From Mobula hypostoma (lineage: Eukaryota): a stretch of DNA of 64,000 bases. The stretch lies in assembly GCF_963921235.1 (NCBI RefSeq), contig NC_086109.1, positions 3,412,001-3,476,000 of the forward strand, in the 5' to 3' direction. Of this stretch, positions 25,130 through 38,650 are shown piece after piece. The translations under genes and the position numbers were made by a program. The notes beneath the pieces were generated by a model. It ran no database searches, was not told where the DNA came from, and saw only the letters and a program-made list of their open reading frames with translations. Positions within the stretch are counted from its first letter, which is position 1; each line of letters starts with the position of its first letter.

Positions 25130-25700
25130 TTAATGTCAGATTATGAACCCTTGGTATAGAAGCTTTGGAGAAGATGCAGAAGAGGTTTACCGCAGTGTTG
25201 TATGTGTTAGTTATAACGAGAGAATGAAGAAACTTTGGTAGTTTTTCTTCAAGCACCAGAGGCTGAAGGAGACCTGATATTCACCCTATCTATAATAAAT
25301 ATATTTAAGCAACTCAAAATTATGAGTTGCTTAAATATATTTATTATAGATAGGGTGAATATTCAGTCTTTTTCCTAGGGTAGAAATGTCAATTACTAGA
25401 GGGATAGGTTCAAAGTGAGTTGGGTAGGACTACAACTAGAGGTTATGAGTTGAAGTTGAAAAGTGAAAAATTTAAGGGGAACATGAGGGGAAATCTGTTC
25501 ACTCAGAGGGTTGTGAAAGTGTGGAAAGAACTGCCAGCACAAGTGGTGCATGCAATTTTGATTTCAAAGTTGAAGAGAAGTTTGGATAGGAACATGGATG
25601 GAAGGGGTATGGAGGGTTATGCTCCAGTTGCAGGTCAATGGGACAAGGAGGTTAAATGGTTTGGCTCAGAATTGATGGGCTGTACATTTCTACGACTCCA
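25130..25700 (+). mobile_element. CR1 3' fragments containing a fold-back palindrome
   Basis: ORF 25420 TRGYELKLKSEKFKGNMRGNLFTQRVVKVW; gagaagatgcagaagaggtttacc upstream. Confidence 0.85.
25277..25362. repeat. Perfect inverted repeat, 40-bp arms with a 6-nt spacer
   Basis: atattcaccctatctataataaatatatttaagcaactca - aaatta - tgagttgcttaaatatatttattatagatagggtgaatat. Confidence 0.97.
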
Positions 25701-25823
25701 TGGAAAAAGTGTAAAGGAGATATACACGGCAGCTGTCTTAACAAAGAGTGTTAGGTGCCTGCAGCAGGCTGCCAGGAGCTGGTGAAAGCAAATACAACAA
25801 CAATGTTCAAGAGGCATTTAGAC

Positions 25824-25902
25824 CAGGGGTTCCCAAGCTTTATACGCTATGGACCTCTACCATTAACTGAGGGGTCCGTTGCCCCCAGGGTGGGAACCCC
25901 TG
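25824..25902. mobile_element. 79-bp hAT-like MITE
   Basis: TIR caggggttccca...tgggaacccctg flanked by an 8-bp TSD atttagac/atatagac (1 mismatch). Confidence 0.82.
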
Positions 25903-26159
25903 ATATAGACCAATGAGTGAACAGGCAGGATGGAGGGATGTGGGGAACCTGCAGGCAGATGGGATTAGTTTGGACTGACCTCGTGGTGGGCACAGACATC
26001 ATGGATCTAAAGGCCTGTTCCTGTGCTGTGCTGTTCTTTACTCCATCAGTAACGCTCTAGGTTCGTCAGTCTTGCCTGTCAGACAGTTTGCATTATAACA
26101 AATGTAAATTCAACTTTCCTGCCCCATTACACCCCTCTCACCTCTTCTCACTGCACATA

Positions 26160-26644
26160 CAGGACTGTGCAAAAGTCTCAGACACATCTATAGCTAGGGT
26201 GCCTAAGGCTTCTGCACAGTACTGTAGTAATTTTATGTATTACACTGTACTGCTGCCACAAAAAAAAACAAATTCATGATATATGTGAGTGATGACAAAT
26301 CTGATTCTGATATGGATCTGTATAGTGGACTGGGAGTGGGAAGGGGGCAGGGAGAGGGAAATCATGTTTGGGAAAGGGGAGAGAGAAGGGAGCGAGAAGC
26401 AGGAGAAAGACCTTCTGTAATGATCAGTAAACCAATTGTTTGGAATCAAATGTCCTTCCTGGTATCTCAGGGCTGGGTGTGTCTGCACCCACACCATCGC
26501 AACCCCCCCCCCCACCCCCCAGTACTGCCATCAGTCCCACACCCCTCGCCATTTCCAACATCTTTTTTTCCTGCCAGATTCTACTGTGCAATTGTCTCGG
26601 GCACCCTAGCTACCTATATGCGTCTATGACTTTGCACAGTTCTG
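26160..26644 (+). mobile_element. Composite double-hairpin Tc1-like element, copy 2
   Basis: TA|caggactgtgcaaaagtctcag...ctaaggcttctgcacagtactg|TA at the left, second hairpin at 26581-26644 followed by TA; interior homologous to 39210-39620. Confidence 0.82.
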
Positions 26645-27876
26645 TACTTGGTTTATATGTGATTCCATTCCCACGCCCTGTGTTGTTCATGTCTCAGCCC
26701 CTGTTTTAATTTTTTATATGTTTAACAAAATGTTTGTTGCCATTGTTCAGTTAATTGACTCTGCTGATACGTCTATTAGACATATTTGACAGCTGCTTTT
26801 AAAAAGTAATCTCTTCCCAACATTTAATAGCAGTTGTGTTACTTTGGCCAAAGTCTGGACAGGAAATGTTGGATATTTGCAGCCTGAGATAACTTTCATA
26901 TAATGGAAAACTTTGGGAAAATGTTGCTTCTGCTGGTCTGAGAAAATATGTCAGTGTAAGTTTTGTTTATCCCGCCATTATGGCATAGGGCAGTGATTGA
27001 AACGCACCTCCAGTTTAAAAATGCAAGCTGTCATTATTTGAGAGAAGTGCTTGAAATTGGATGGTTCCATGTGACATTTGCTCCTTTTGCTCTGGGGATC
27101 GGCTGACTATTTGAAGCCAAGGCCAACGCTGAGTGAAAGGATCAGACTGAGGGACAACACTGAAGCAAAACAGGACAGTCTTTATCTGGAGAAACCACTG
27201 CTCAGACGTTTATTTATCTACTTCAGGGGATGTGAGCACAATGAAGTACTCGACCTAAGTAAATAAAGTGTTTGCTTTGCAAATTCGTTCATTAGAATCA
27301 GGAATTTTCACCAGTAAGGCATTTATTTGATCTGATGTATCAAATCATAGGTTGTTGGTTTTGGCTCAGGAAAGGCAGAGTGTTTACTCAGTCAGCTGGT
27401 TTCCCTTTGACCTAATGCCATCAGCAAATGTTCTCTACTGCTTTGTAAATCAAGCTTTGAATACCTGTTTCTTTTTCCTACCTTTGTTTCCCATCGTTCC
27501 CATCGTCCCCATCATCCCGTCAACCCTGTCGTCATCCCCATCATCAAGCCCATCTTCCCCATCATCCCCACCACCACCATTACCTACCCACCATCCTCTC
27601 ATGCCCACCCAACCTACTCCCCATCTCTACTGGCTCAGATAACCAAGTAACTCACAGATTCTATGATTGGCAAAGCTCAGCGACACCAAGTGAACTTGCA
27701 ATCACTTGGTTCTCCCAAGTCTTCACAGTTTGATTTTCTTTAAAGCACTAATCATCTTGGACCCTGTGATGGTGAGGAGACCTGGACAGCTGATGCTGTC
27801 CGAGAACAGCATTTGCTCACACATGATGTGTGAGGTCAGGAACCATAAACTGAATCCTCATTTTGAAGATCCTGAT

Positions 27877-28453
27877 AGTCATTATCATAGTCATACTTTA
27901 TTGATCCCGGGGGAAGTTGGTTTTCATTAAAATTGCACCAACCAAGAATAGAGTATAAATATAGCAATATAAAACCATAAGTAATTAAATAGTAATATGT
28001 AAATTATGCCAGGAAATAAGTCCAGGACCAGCCTATTGGCTCAGGGTGTTTGACCCTCCAAGGGAGGAGTTGTTAAGTTTGATGGCCACAGGCAGGAATG
28101 ACTTCCTATGACGCTCTGTGTTGCATCTCGGTGGAATGAGTCTCTGGCTGAATGTACTCCTGTGCCCACCCAGTACATTATGTAGTGGATGGGAGACATT
28201 GACCAAGATGGCATGCAACTTAGACAGCATCCTCTTTTCAGACAACCACCGTCAGAGAGTCCAGTTCCATCCCCACAACATCACTGACCTTGCGAATGAG
28301 TTCGTTGATTCTGTTGGTGTCTGCTACCCTCAGCCTACTGCCCCAGCACACAACAGCAAACATGATAGCACTGGCCACCACAGACTCGTAGAACACCCTC
28401 AGCATCGTCCGACAGATGTTAAAGGACCTCAGTCTCCTCAGGAAATAGAGACG
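27877..28453 (-). mobile_element. Young Rex1/Babar-type LINE, 5'-truncated
   Basis: RLYFLRRLRSFNICRTMLRVFYESVVASAIMF..., near-identical to 17256-18054. Confidence 0.92.
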
Positions 28454-29174
28454 AATAGAAATGATTTGCTTTGGGCAGGATCTATGATGAGCTGTCGTTC
28501 CAAGCCTTCCGAGTCTTCTAGCATGGCAGTTCCTGCTGCTTGGGGTCAGCATGGAAAGCTTGATTATGGAGAGGTTGCTGAAGTCAAGTCATTCCTAAAA
28601 GAAAGAAGCAAGGAAAGAAACATTTGCAATGACTGTCTGAGGAAATGAATTTGGTGAAAGTCTTGGTGAAACATTTGAAAAGTGCTGAAATGTCAAAAGG
28701 TTGTTGAGTTTGATGTTGCCAGTTTCGTACTGATCCTGGAGATGAGAACTTTTGACCTTAAAAATAAATGAAAACAGATACTCAAATCTGAAATAAACAC
28801 AGAACATTCTGGATGTACTTGGGATCAAGCAGCATCTGTAGAAAGGTCACACAGTTGATGTTTCATGCCTGGACCTCTCCATCGCAAGATAGGTCCTGGA
28901 TTTGAAAGATTAATTGGCTTCTCTTTCGACATATGGCACCTGACCGCTGAAAGCATTCAGCAGTTTCTGCTGTCGCCGTTGGTGGTCAGAACAGTGGTGA
29001 GGCAGGTGGTGCAACTGTCTCACAGTCCCTGAGTCCTGGGTTCAGATCTGACCTGAGGTGTTCCCCGTGTGGAGGATGCACATTTAATTCTGGGTGCTCC
29101 GCTTTCCTTCCACAGCCCAAAGATGGTACGTTATTGGTAAAAGATGGTACGTTATTGGTATGAATGTGTGGACT

Positions 29175-29655
29175 GAAACAGGAGAGGGTACAAAGGAAGT
29201 TTATGAAAACGATTCCAGGATTGAACAGCATGTCACATGAAGAGTGGTTTTATGGCTCAGGGCCTGAATTCACTGGAATTCAGAAGAATGAGGAGTGACC
29301 TCATTGAAATCTCTCAAATAGTGAAAGGCCTTGACGGAGTGGATGTAGAGACGATGTTTCCTATGGTGGGAGAGTCTAAGGCCAGAGCGGACAGTCTCAG
29401 AATAGAGAGGTGTCCTTTTGGAATGGAGATGAGGAAATTCTTTCTCCAGAGAGTGGTGAATCTGTGGAATTCTTTGTCACAAGCAGCTGTGGAGGCCAAG
29501 TCTTTATGTATATTTAAGGCAGATGTTGATAGATTCTAGATTGGTCAGAGCATGAAAGGATACAGGGAGAAGGCAGGAGATTGGGGCTGAGAGGGAAATG
29601 GGATCAGCCATGATGAATGGGCTAATGGCCTAATTCAGCTCCTATATGGTCTCAA
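29175..29655 (+). mobile_element. CR1 LINE 3' part
   Basis: ORF 29237 SLEFRRMRSDLIE...EMRKFFLQRVVNLWNSL plus CR1 3'UTR. Confidence 0.9.
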
Positions 29656-30060
29656 TATACAGTGAAAGCTTATCTTGCACACTGTTCATACAGATCAAAT
29701 CATTACACCGTACATTGAGCTAGAACAGGGTAAAATAATAACAGAATACAGAATAAAGTGTAACAGCTGCAGAGAAAGTGCAGTACAGGTAAACAATAAA
29801 GTGCAAGATCATAACGAGGAAGATTGTGAGGCCAAGAGTCCTATCTTATTGTTCAAGAGGTCTGTTGAAGAGTCTGCTAACAGTGGGATGGAAGCTCTCC
29901 TTGAGCCCGGTGGTACTTGCCTTTAGAATTCTGTATCTTCTACCCAGTGTGAGAGGGGAGAAGAGAGGGCATCCGGGGTGGATGGACCTTTGATTGTGCT
30001 GGCTGGTTTACTGAGGTAGCAAGAAGTGTAGACAGGCCATGGTGTCTGTGATGGTACACA
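29656..30060 (-). mobile_element. L2/Rex1-group LINE 3' fragment
   Basis: atacagtgaaagcttatcttgc...ttctgtatcttctaccc...gatggacctttgattgtgctggctgg, related to the 9330-10100 region. Confidence 0.6.
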
Positions 30061-30739
30061 AATTGGTGACTGTCTTACCCATACAGTAGGTTAGGGCTGG
30101 GAGAGTCAATGAGGTATGAACAAGTGTGTGAGAGAGAGCAGGTCATTGTGGGGAAAATGGGATTGCTCTCCCAGCCAGCGAGCACTTGAAATCCTGAATG
30201 GCATCCTGCTGTTGGGTGAGGGAAGGTTATGACATGCACCACTGTTCTCCGTGGCACAGAGTATTTTTGTGCTAATCTCTCAAAGTCCATCTTGCCCCAT
30301 TTCCAGCTGCTACCAGTTGTAATTCTTCTCTTTTCTAAACCACCTGTTTGATGTGATGATCTTTATGATCCAACAGTTCCTGTGTTAACTCCACTGGTGG
30401 TATGATCCTGAGATAATTCTGCAGGGACTTCAATTCCCAGAGCTAGCAACACACCCAGCTGGCCTCACACAGAATGAGGAGTTAGCCTTGAAATGGACTG
30501 AAAACCAAAATTCTTTCAAAGAAGATGCTTCTTTAATTTCATTCTGGTCACTTGGGATTGTTTTTAAGAAAGTTAAATGAAGAGAAAGCTGACCAACGAT
30601 GTACTGATGGTTCACTGGGAGAACAGTGTCTGCTCTGTGCATTGTCATAGAACCCAAGTGCATTAAAGGATTTTAGAGAAAATGATTACTTGGAGAAGTT
30701 CCAGCCTTCAATTGACTTTGGCCTGCAAAATGTTTCGTA

Positions 30740-31220
30740 CAGTGTTCCTTTGTCCAGTGTACAGTGGAGAGAGGATCCAGAAGAGGTTCACAAGAGCGAT
30801 ACGATCCCAGGAATGAAAGGCTTGGCCTGTGAGGTGCATTTGATGTCTCTCAGCCTGTACTCAATTGAGGTCAGAAGGATAAGGGAGAGATCTCAATGAA
30901 ACCTATGAGATATTGGTATGCCTAGTTAGAATGGATGTGGAGAGAATGCCTCTAGTTGTGGGAGAGTCTATAATCCGAGGGCACAGCCTCAGTTAGACGG
31001 ATGTCCTGTTAGAACTGAGATGAGAAGGAATTTCTTCAGTCAGAGGGTGTGACTCTGAAATTCATTGCTATTTAAGACAGAGATCAATAGATTCTTGGTT
31101 AGTAAGGTTTACATGCAGAAGGTGGGAAAATGAGGTTGAATCACTGAAGTTAGCCATGATTAAATGGTGGAATGGACCCAACAGGCTGAACGGCCTAATT
31201 CTGTTCCTGCATCTTATGAA
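30740..31220 (+). mobile_element. CR1 LINE 3' part, decayed
   Basis: ggagaggatccagaagaggttcacaag...gagatgagaaggaatttcttcagtcagagg plus 3'UTR. Confidence 0.85.
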
Positions 31221-31489
31221 CTGATGAAGGAAACGCCATCAAAAGGTGTGTGGGAGAGGTCCAGAGTTCCTTAAGCTGGGCATAACCTTGACCTGGTGTC
31301 TACTTCTGGAGTGATAGCCACTGACCAGAGACCTGAGCATAAAGTCGAGGCAACAGTTTGGAGCACTTCTCTCTGGCCAGGATGCTGCACTGAACCAATG
31401 CCCTGACTGTTCTCGAACACAGACGTGAAGGATCTTGTGGTAGTCTTGAAGAAGACGAAGAGGGTTGCCTCTGGCTTCCTGGACCTTCG

Positions 31490-31912
31490 CTCTCCTTTAG
31501 CCATCTCTACTGCCCTTCACACCACTGGCATTTACACCAGCAATGTAGGTCCTTCATCTCTGGCAGTGTTCAGGGCTTCCTTCATCATGTCAGTGTCTCG
31601 GTTTTCACTGCTGTCAGTCATGCAAGTCCTAGGTGGAGACTGTCACATTCAGACATAGACAGATTCTTCATTGCAGTTTCTGTAACAGGTTTGTTTTACC
31701 AGTCAGGGTTGTTGGCCCTGAGTTGAACCCCCGAACCTGAAGGACTGGAGGATCACTCTTAGTCTAATCTTTACCCTGTGACCTGTTTGGCGTTGGTGAC
31801 CCTATCAAAAGCCGAAGCATAAAGCCCTAACTCCAGCCAACATGGCTGTCTGGGTCATTGAGGCACAGAAGCTTCCAAACCCAATGACAAGGTTGTTGTC
31901 CTCTTTGAGGCT
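31490..31912 (-). mobile_element. RTE-derived non-autonomous retroposon
   Basis: Reverse complement of 9530-9790 (gggtcattgaggcacagaagcttccaaacc...gacaaggttgttgtcctctttgagg). Confidence 0.7.
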
Positions 31913-33685
31913 CCCTCAAGTCATTGGGTATTCTTAAGACAGAGGTTGATAGATTCTTGATAAATCAAGGCATGAAGGGTTACAGGAGAGAAGGCAGGAA
32001 ACTGGGGCCAAGAAGAAAAATGGATCTGCCATGATGAGATGGTGGAGCCGGACTCTGCTCCTATATCTTATGGTCTTAGCCAACATCTATGCTGAACAGT
32101 TTTTCAGGTTGACCAGTAGCTGTTAAACAGTTGATCTACAACTGCTTGTGGGGCCTTTCTGTGTGTAAATTGGTTGCTGCATTTCCGACATTACAACAGT
32201 GACTGGACCACAGAGGGACTTCAGTGGCTGTTGGGTCTTCTGGGATGTCTTGACAAGGATGTCACAGGTGCTGCAGAAAGGAAGTGTGTTCACTTCTCTT
32301 CTGGTATGATTGATAGTACTGCGATGTCTGTATTCCCTGTGCTCACTCTCTGGGGAATGCAATTTACAGAACGAAAGGAATCCCTTTTGTGCTGAATATT
32401 TCAGTATAATAGAGCTGCATTACCTCTTCCACCATGAACGGGGACTGCGCTCATTATCACTAACAGTTATCAGACATGGCATTAAGAAACACAAGGGCCC
32501 GAGAGCAGGCTTCTGCAATAAATTGTGGGATGCATGCTTCTATACTGCATGGTTCAAAGGAACTTTGGCAATCAGAAGATTAATTTGCCAGTTCTATGCT
32601 TAAGGAATTAACTGCACACTGCAATGCTTGCTGAGGCGGTGATCAAGATGACTGGAAAGATGTACTGCTTTATTAGGAAGATCTATACCAGTCAGCTTTA
32701 AGCTAATAAATGACAAGTAGAAATTTTGGTTACTGACTTTTACAAATCCTGTTAATCCAAGACTGATTTACCTTTTTTGTACCATTATAGAGTCTTCTAA
32801 ATTTCCAAGGGTGCCCGCCTGAGTCTTTGCAGTCGAAGATTATTAAATTTCACGCTTGGTATCAAAGCCTTGACTTATGCATATTACAGACCTTTTTTTT
32901 GCAGAAATGTCACCATTATTCACACCCCCAATGAACTTGGCCAGTCCGCTTGCATGAGGCTTGTTTTTTGACGCATGGTGTGATCTGTTTGGATTCCCCA
33001 GTAGATTTTTGGCCCCCACCGCCACGCTTGCCTCTTGGCCGGTACTGTTTGTGATTTCCCCAGTTGCCTCTTGCAGGTTTGGGCAAAGGGCCGTGCTTGC
33101 ACTGAGCTCTGTTCAGGGGCAGTGGAAATAATTGAAGTAACTTGGTTGACTTGCTGTCCAGTCACATAGTTGATTATTTGATCTGTAAGAAAGGAAATCC
33201 GATAAATTGAAATTAATTCTGCATGCTTTTCCTTCCAGCAGAGATTTGTGGCAAAAAGCCTTTGTGCTTGGTTGTCAGTGGAGCTGTTTTTTTAGTGAGC
33301 TATTATGCTTCATCTCACACATCAAGGCTGTGTGTAGCTGGTGAATTATGGCACTTGAAAATAATACTGTGCGATTGTTCTACATTATATGGGTGTATTG
33401 TCATTTGGAAGAGAGAGCTTGCTGTTTTTCAATAAAACTCTCATCCTGCACACTTCAGATCATTTTATTTTCTGCTTCTTAGTCCATTATGAGAACCTTG
33501 ATTGATTACTTCTCTCATTTCCTTCCCCTTCTCTTTCCTCATGAAGATTTTCTCCTGTTAGAATTAAGAGAGGTGTGGTGTCTCTGTTGTTGCTACCAGG
33601 ACGGTTAGACCGATGGATTGAATTTGGTCTTGTGCATACCAAGATTCTGAGATTCTTACCATGAGAGCCAGTACCAAGCTTAATA

Positions 33686-34338
33686 CCACAGACATCCTGG
33701 GGATAGCTGTGGATACAAATTGACAATAAACCGGACTGGTCAAAGAACACTGAGGCTGTCTACAAGAAGGGTCAGAGCTGTCTCTATTTCCTGAGGAGAC
33801 TGAGGTCCTTTAACATGTGCCGGACGATGCTGAGGATGTTCTACGAGTCTGTGGTGGCCAGTGCGATCATGTTTGCTGTTGTGTGCTGGGGCAGCAGGCT
33901 GAGGGTAGCAGACACCAACAGAATCAACAAACTCATTCGTAAGGCCAGTGATGTTGTGGGGATGGAACTGGACTCTCTGACGGTGGTGTCTGAAAAGAGG
34001 ATGCTGTCTAAGTTGCATGCCATCTTGCACAATGTCTCCCATCCACTACATAATGTACTGGGTGGGCACAGGAGTACATTCAGCCAGAGACTCATTCCAC
34101 CGAGATGCAACACAGAGCGTCATAGGAAGTCATTCCTGCCTGTGGCCATCAAACTTTACAACTCCTCCCTTGGAGGGTCAGACACCCTGAGCCAATAAGC
34201 TGGTCCTGGACTTAGTTCCTGGCATAATTTACATATTACTACTTAACTATTTATGGTTTTATTACTATTTATTATTTATGGTGCAACTGTAATGAAAACC
34301 AATTTCCCCCGGGATCAATAAAGTATGACTATGAATAT
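33686..34338 (+). mobile_element. Young Rex1/Babar-type LINE, 5'-truncated
   Basis: ORF 33815-34198 is nearly the same as 17394-17993; ends caataaagtatgactatga. Confidence 0.92.
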
Positions 34339-34339
34339 G

Positions 34340-34695
34340 ATAAGTTATGAAATTTGCTAACTTTGCGGCAGCAGTACAATGCAATTCTAGATAAATATAG
34401 AAATAAAAACTGAATTACAGTAAGTGTATGTATATTAAATAGTTAGATTAAGAAGTGTAGTGCAAAAATTAAAAGGAATCTAGAGAGATAGTGTTCATGG
34501 GTTCAATGTCCATTAGACATCAGATGGCAGAGGGAAAGGAGCTGTTCCTGAATCATTGAGTGTGTGCCTTCAGGCCTCTGTACCTCTTCCCTGATGCAAC
34601 AATGAGAAGAGGGCATGTCCTGGGTGCCTGGGGTCCTTGATGATCAAAACCCTCTGAGGCACCGCTCCTTGGGATGTCTTAGACACTACAGAGGA
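34340..34695 (-). mobile_element. L2/Rex1-group LINE 3' fragment
   Basis: Homologous to 12180-12540. Confidence 0.8.
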
Positions 34696-35895
34696 ATTCA
34701 ATACATCAGGAATTCGAGCCTGAGAATTTATGGATTAACTAACTTGACAATGCGGTGGATTTGACTTGGTTAGGGTGCTCCTGTAAGACGTGTCTGTCCC
34801 AAGTTACGCTGAATGTTTCATAGGCTACTTCGGTATTACCTTCATCCCAGCAAAGGCAGAAGGGAAGCTGCCAATATCATATCAAACCAGGATTGTTACT
34901 GGTGAAATAATCTATATTTTTGTCTTAAATGTTCGTCTTTTTGTTTTAAATGTTCAAGTGTATTCAATATCCGAGCTCTTTCTCCATAATCCCCCGGAAT
35001 CTGGATGCCGTATGGGAGACATTCCAATCTCAAGACCTGTGTGGATATAAATATCTTTTACTGGACAGCACTAACGAAGACAAACCCACTGCACTCCTAA
35101 TTAGTGTGGAGTTAGTTCATTGATAACTGGGGAAAGGAATTCTATCTTATTTCTGGGGGTAGGAATCTCAGAGTCTCGGCAGGCACAAGATAGTATTGAA
35201 TCCATCAAGCAAATTGTCCAGGTAGCGACAACAGAGAGAATCACAACTTCCTTCATTTTAATGAGGGTAAAATCTTCACAGGGAATAGAAAGGAGAAAAT
35301 TAATCAGTCAAGTTTTGATAATAGGCTAAGGAAAAGCTGTTCATATTGCCTGCCTGTTGGGGTCTGTCTACAAGTTGTGTGGAGTTAGTGGAGGCCGGAG
35401 TTGGGAATGAGGAGAGAATGAAACCGGGTTGGAGTAAATGGGTGATTGTGGACTTGATGGTCCTGTCTCTGTGCTATATGATTTTGATCATGTGGCTACA
35501 GCACTGAGAAAAATACGTCACGGTTATCATTGTGAAAATCAGACAGCAAGCATGGTCTCGCTGTTCAGAGATTACGTGGATGAGCCGGGCCAGCTCTGCT
35601 TCACTGCTTTTGCAAAGAGTAAGATGGATTGATAAGCAAACTGGAGACGCCAGAGACAGCAGACGCTGGAATCCGGAGTGGGAAACAACCTGCTGGAGGA
35701 ACTCAATGGGTAGAGCAGCATCTGTGGAGAAGAACGGAATTATCGAAGTTTCAGGCAGATACCCTACGTGACCAGCTGAGTTACTCCAGCAGATTGTGTG
35801 ATAAGGAAACTGTTGGGTCAAATAAGAAACGCTGACTTGATATCAAGACTGCTTGGAGGCCCAGCACGGGATCCAGTATCAAATTCATTCACCAT

Positions 35896-36545
35896 GTACC
35901 ATAAGACCATGAAGTATAGGAGCAAAATTAAGCCATTTGGCCCATGGAGCCTTCTCCACCATTTCATCGTGACTGATCCATTTTCCTTCTCAGTCCCAAT
36001 TTTCTGCCTCTCTCCATACCCCTTCATGCTCGGACTAATCAAGGATCTATCAACCTCTGCCTTAAATATATCCAATGACTTGGCCTCCCCGGTCATCTGT
36101 GGCAACAAATTCCACAGATTTGCCACTTCCTGGCAAAAGAAGTTCTTCCTCATCTCTGTTCTAAGACTTACATGTATTTGGAATTTGTTCTGGTGTCTTG
36201 GCATGATGTGCATCAAAATACAACATTCAACAATTATATTAATAAAGAATTAAATCAAAAATAACGTACAGATATGGAATAAAATGTGCATGAATACCAG
36301 CATGTAAATTTACAATGTAAACAGCATTATAAAGTGTTTTAAAGTGTTTCCAGTGCAGCAATGGGGGAATATAGATAGAGGAGGCTACGGGGATGACCAA
36401 AATATTTGATCAGATTAACTGCCTGGAGGAAGAATTTTTTAAGATGGTGTGAACTTTTTTTTTGTTTTAGTAACAATAGTACTTTCCAGAAGGGAGCTTT
36501 TGGAAAAATCAGTTTGCATGGTAGGAAGTGTCTGCAATGATAATT
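35896..36545 (-). mobile_element. CR1 3' end (to about 36165) followed by an L2/Rex1-group 3' fragment
   Basis: accataagaccat tail and LRTEMRKNFFCQEVANLWNLL; then HHLKKFFLQAVNLI. Confidence 0.78.
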
Positions 36546-37764
36546 TTCTGCTCGTCTCTTTGATCTGGCCACAGATGAGTCGTGCCGTGACTTGTATGTG
36601 ACCAGTGCATTGGCAGTGCAGAACGAAGTGATGTATTTATTGAGATGAAGGGGGCAATCTGAGGGTCTGCCTGGGGTGCTCTGCAGGCCTGAGTTAAATG
36701 GCCTGCAAAATGCCGGATCAGTGGTCTCACTGTCTGACACCAGTGAACCCTCTTCAGCTGTCAGTTTGCCTTACTTTGGAACTGTTGCGGCAGTGTGAAC
36801 CAGAGAATGTTTGACATTCCTATGGGTTATTTGATGACCTACTTTATTAGCATCAGCGTTGGCTATGAATTTATTCTGAGCATTGTTAACTGTCCAGCTG
36901 CTGTTGCTCTAATGGGTTGTAATATTTCTGTCTGTATTTCTGGCTTTAATTTTGCAATTTACAATGGCAAATCCAATGTGGGTTATAATGATTGTAACCC
37001 AATATCTGGGTCATTCCCACCACTTTTAAATCATTTGAACTTTTCACTCATGGCTTGAGGGTATTAGAACCCCAGACCCGAGTAATAACTGCCACCCGTT
37101 CCCACTGTGTCCATCATCTTTGACAAGAACACTTGGTCTGAGCTTCACAGCCACCGAGAAGCAGGAAGTCTGTTCCCAGTGCTCTTGTGAAGTGCTCTCA
37201 TCAGCACCTCACCTGCTCCAGACAGGAACCAGTCTGCAGTCTGGGTAGAAGTTGGATTTGACTCATAAATCGTGCATTGTTAATGCTTTCCTTTTCCTTG
37301 TCCAGCTTTCCTTGTGTTCTTAGTTTGCTGCAAAAATCTTCAGCCCTACAAATCTTTGGAGGGGCAAGGAGATTGAAGGGTTCAAATAAATTTAGACTCT
37401 ACAAGTATTTACCCCAGAGGGCTGATGTTAGATTGAGTTCTGAAATCACAGAACCTGTTGGTTTGGTTTGGAGGATAGCTCTATAGCAGAAAGCTAAAGG
37501 AGATGAAAGGCTTGCTTTGACAAGGTCCTGCTTGGTAGGCAGATCCAGAAGGTTAGATTACATGGGATCCAGGGTGAGCTAGACAAGGAAAGGAGTCAGA
37601 AGATGGTAATGGAGGGTTGTCATTCAACCAGTGATTTGCTGCATGGAGTGTTTCTGGGTCCACGGTTGTCTGACATCTCTGATAACAAATTGGATGAGAA
37701 ATGTACGTGGCATGATTAGTAGGTTTGCGGATGACCATGAAAATGGTTCCATAATGCACATCAT

Positions 37765-38115
37765 CATTATGTGCCGTGTCATATGACATCATCACTGTGT
37801 GCCGTGTCATATGACATGGGCGATCATGGTCTCCATGACCATGATTGTCATTGACAAATTTTTCTACAGAAGTGGTTTTCCATTGCAACCTTCTGGGCGG
37901 TGTCTTTACAAGACGAGTGACCACAGCCATTATCAATACTCTTCAGAGGTTGTCTGCCTGGCGTCAGTGGCCACATAACCAGGACGTGATGTGAACGAGC
38001 TGCTCATATGACCATCCACCACCTGCTCCCATGGCTTCACATGACCCTGATTGGGTGGGGGTGGGAAGGGGTGGGCTAAGCAGGTGCTACACCTTGCCCA
38101 AAAATGACCTCCATA
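37765..38115 (-). mobile_element. RTE-related SINE with a (tga)n-type tail
   Basis: Reverse complement of 62200-62486; core gaaggcaatggcaaaccact resembles the BovA/RTE motif. Confidence 0.7.
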
Positions 38116-38227
38116 ATGTAGAGTGAGACCATAAGACCAACTCCACATCAGAGAGAGAACGTTGGATACCCAATTGTTTCGAACTCAGCGGAACAAGAAC
38201 TGCACTGACTGGCTGCTTGAGGTAAGG

Positions 38228-38650
38228 CCGTAAGACATGGGTGCAGAATTAGACTATTCAGACCATTGAGTCTGCTCTTCCATCAGGGCTGACTACTTCG
38301 CCCTCTCAACCTGTTCTCCTGCCTTCTCCCTATTCCTTCTGACGCCCTTGCTAATCAAGAATCTGTCAACCTCAACTTTTAATCTACCCAGTGACTTGGC
38401 CTACACACCAACCTGTGGCAAAGAATTCCTCAGAAACATCCCTCTATTGTGAGGCTATACTCTCTGGTCCTCAACTCCCCCACTATAGGACACATATCCA
38501 CTCTATCTAGGCCTTTCAATCTTTCATAGTTTTCAGTGAGAACCCCTCCCCGCCCCCACATTCTTCTAAATTCCAGTGAGCACAGGCCCAGAGCCATAAA
38601 ATGGTACTCATATGCTAACCCTTTAATTCCCAAATCTTCTCCAGTTCTCT
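38228..38650 (-). mobile_element. CR1 3' fragment
   Basis: ORF 38430-38675 IKGLAYEYHFMALGLCSLEFRRM...LKGLDRVD. Confidence 0.85.

Noticed and set aside
29119..29160. 21-bp tandem duplication aaagatggtacgttattggta
   Set aside because: Simple slippage at the end of a decayed SINE; no sign of function.
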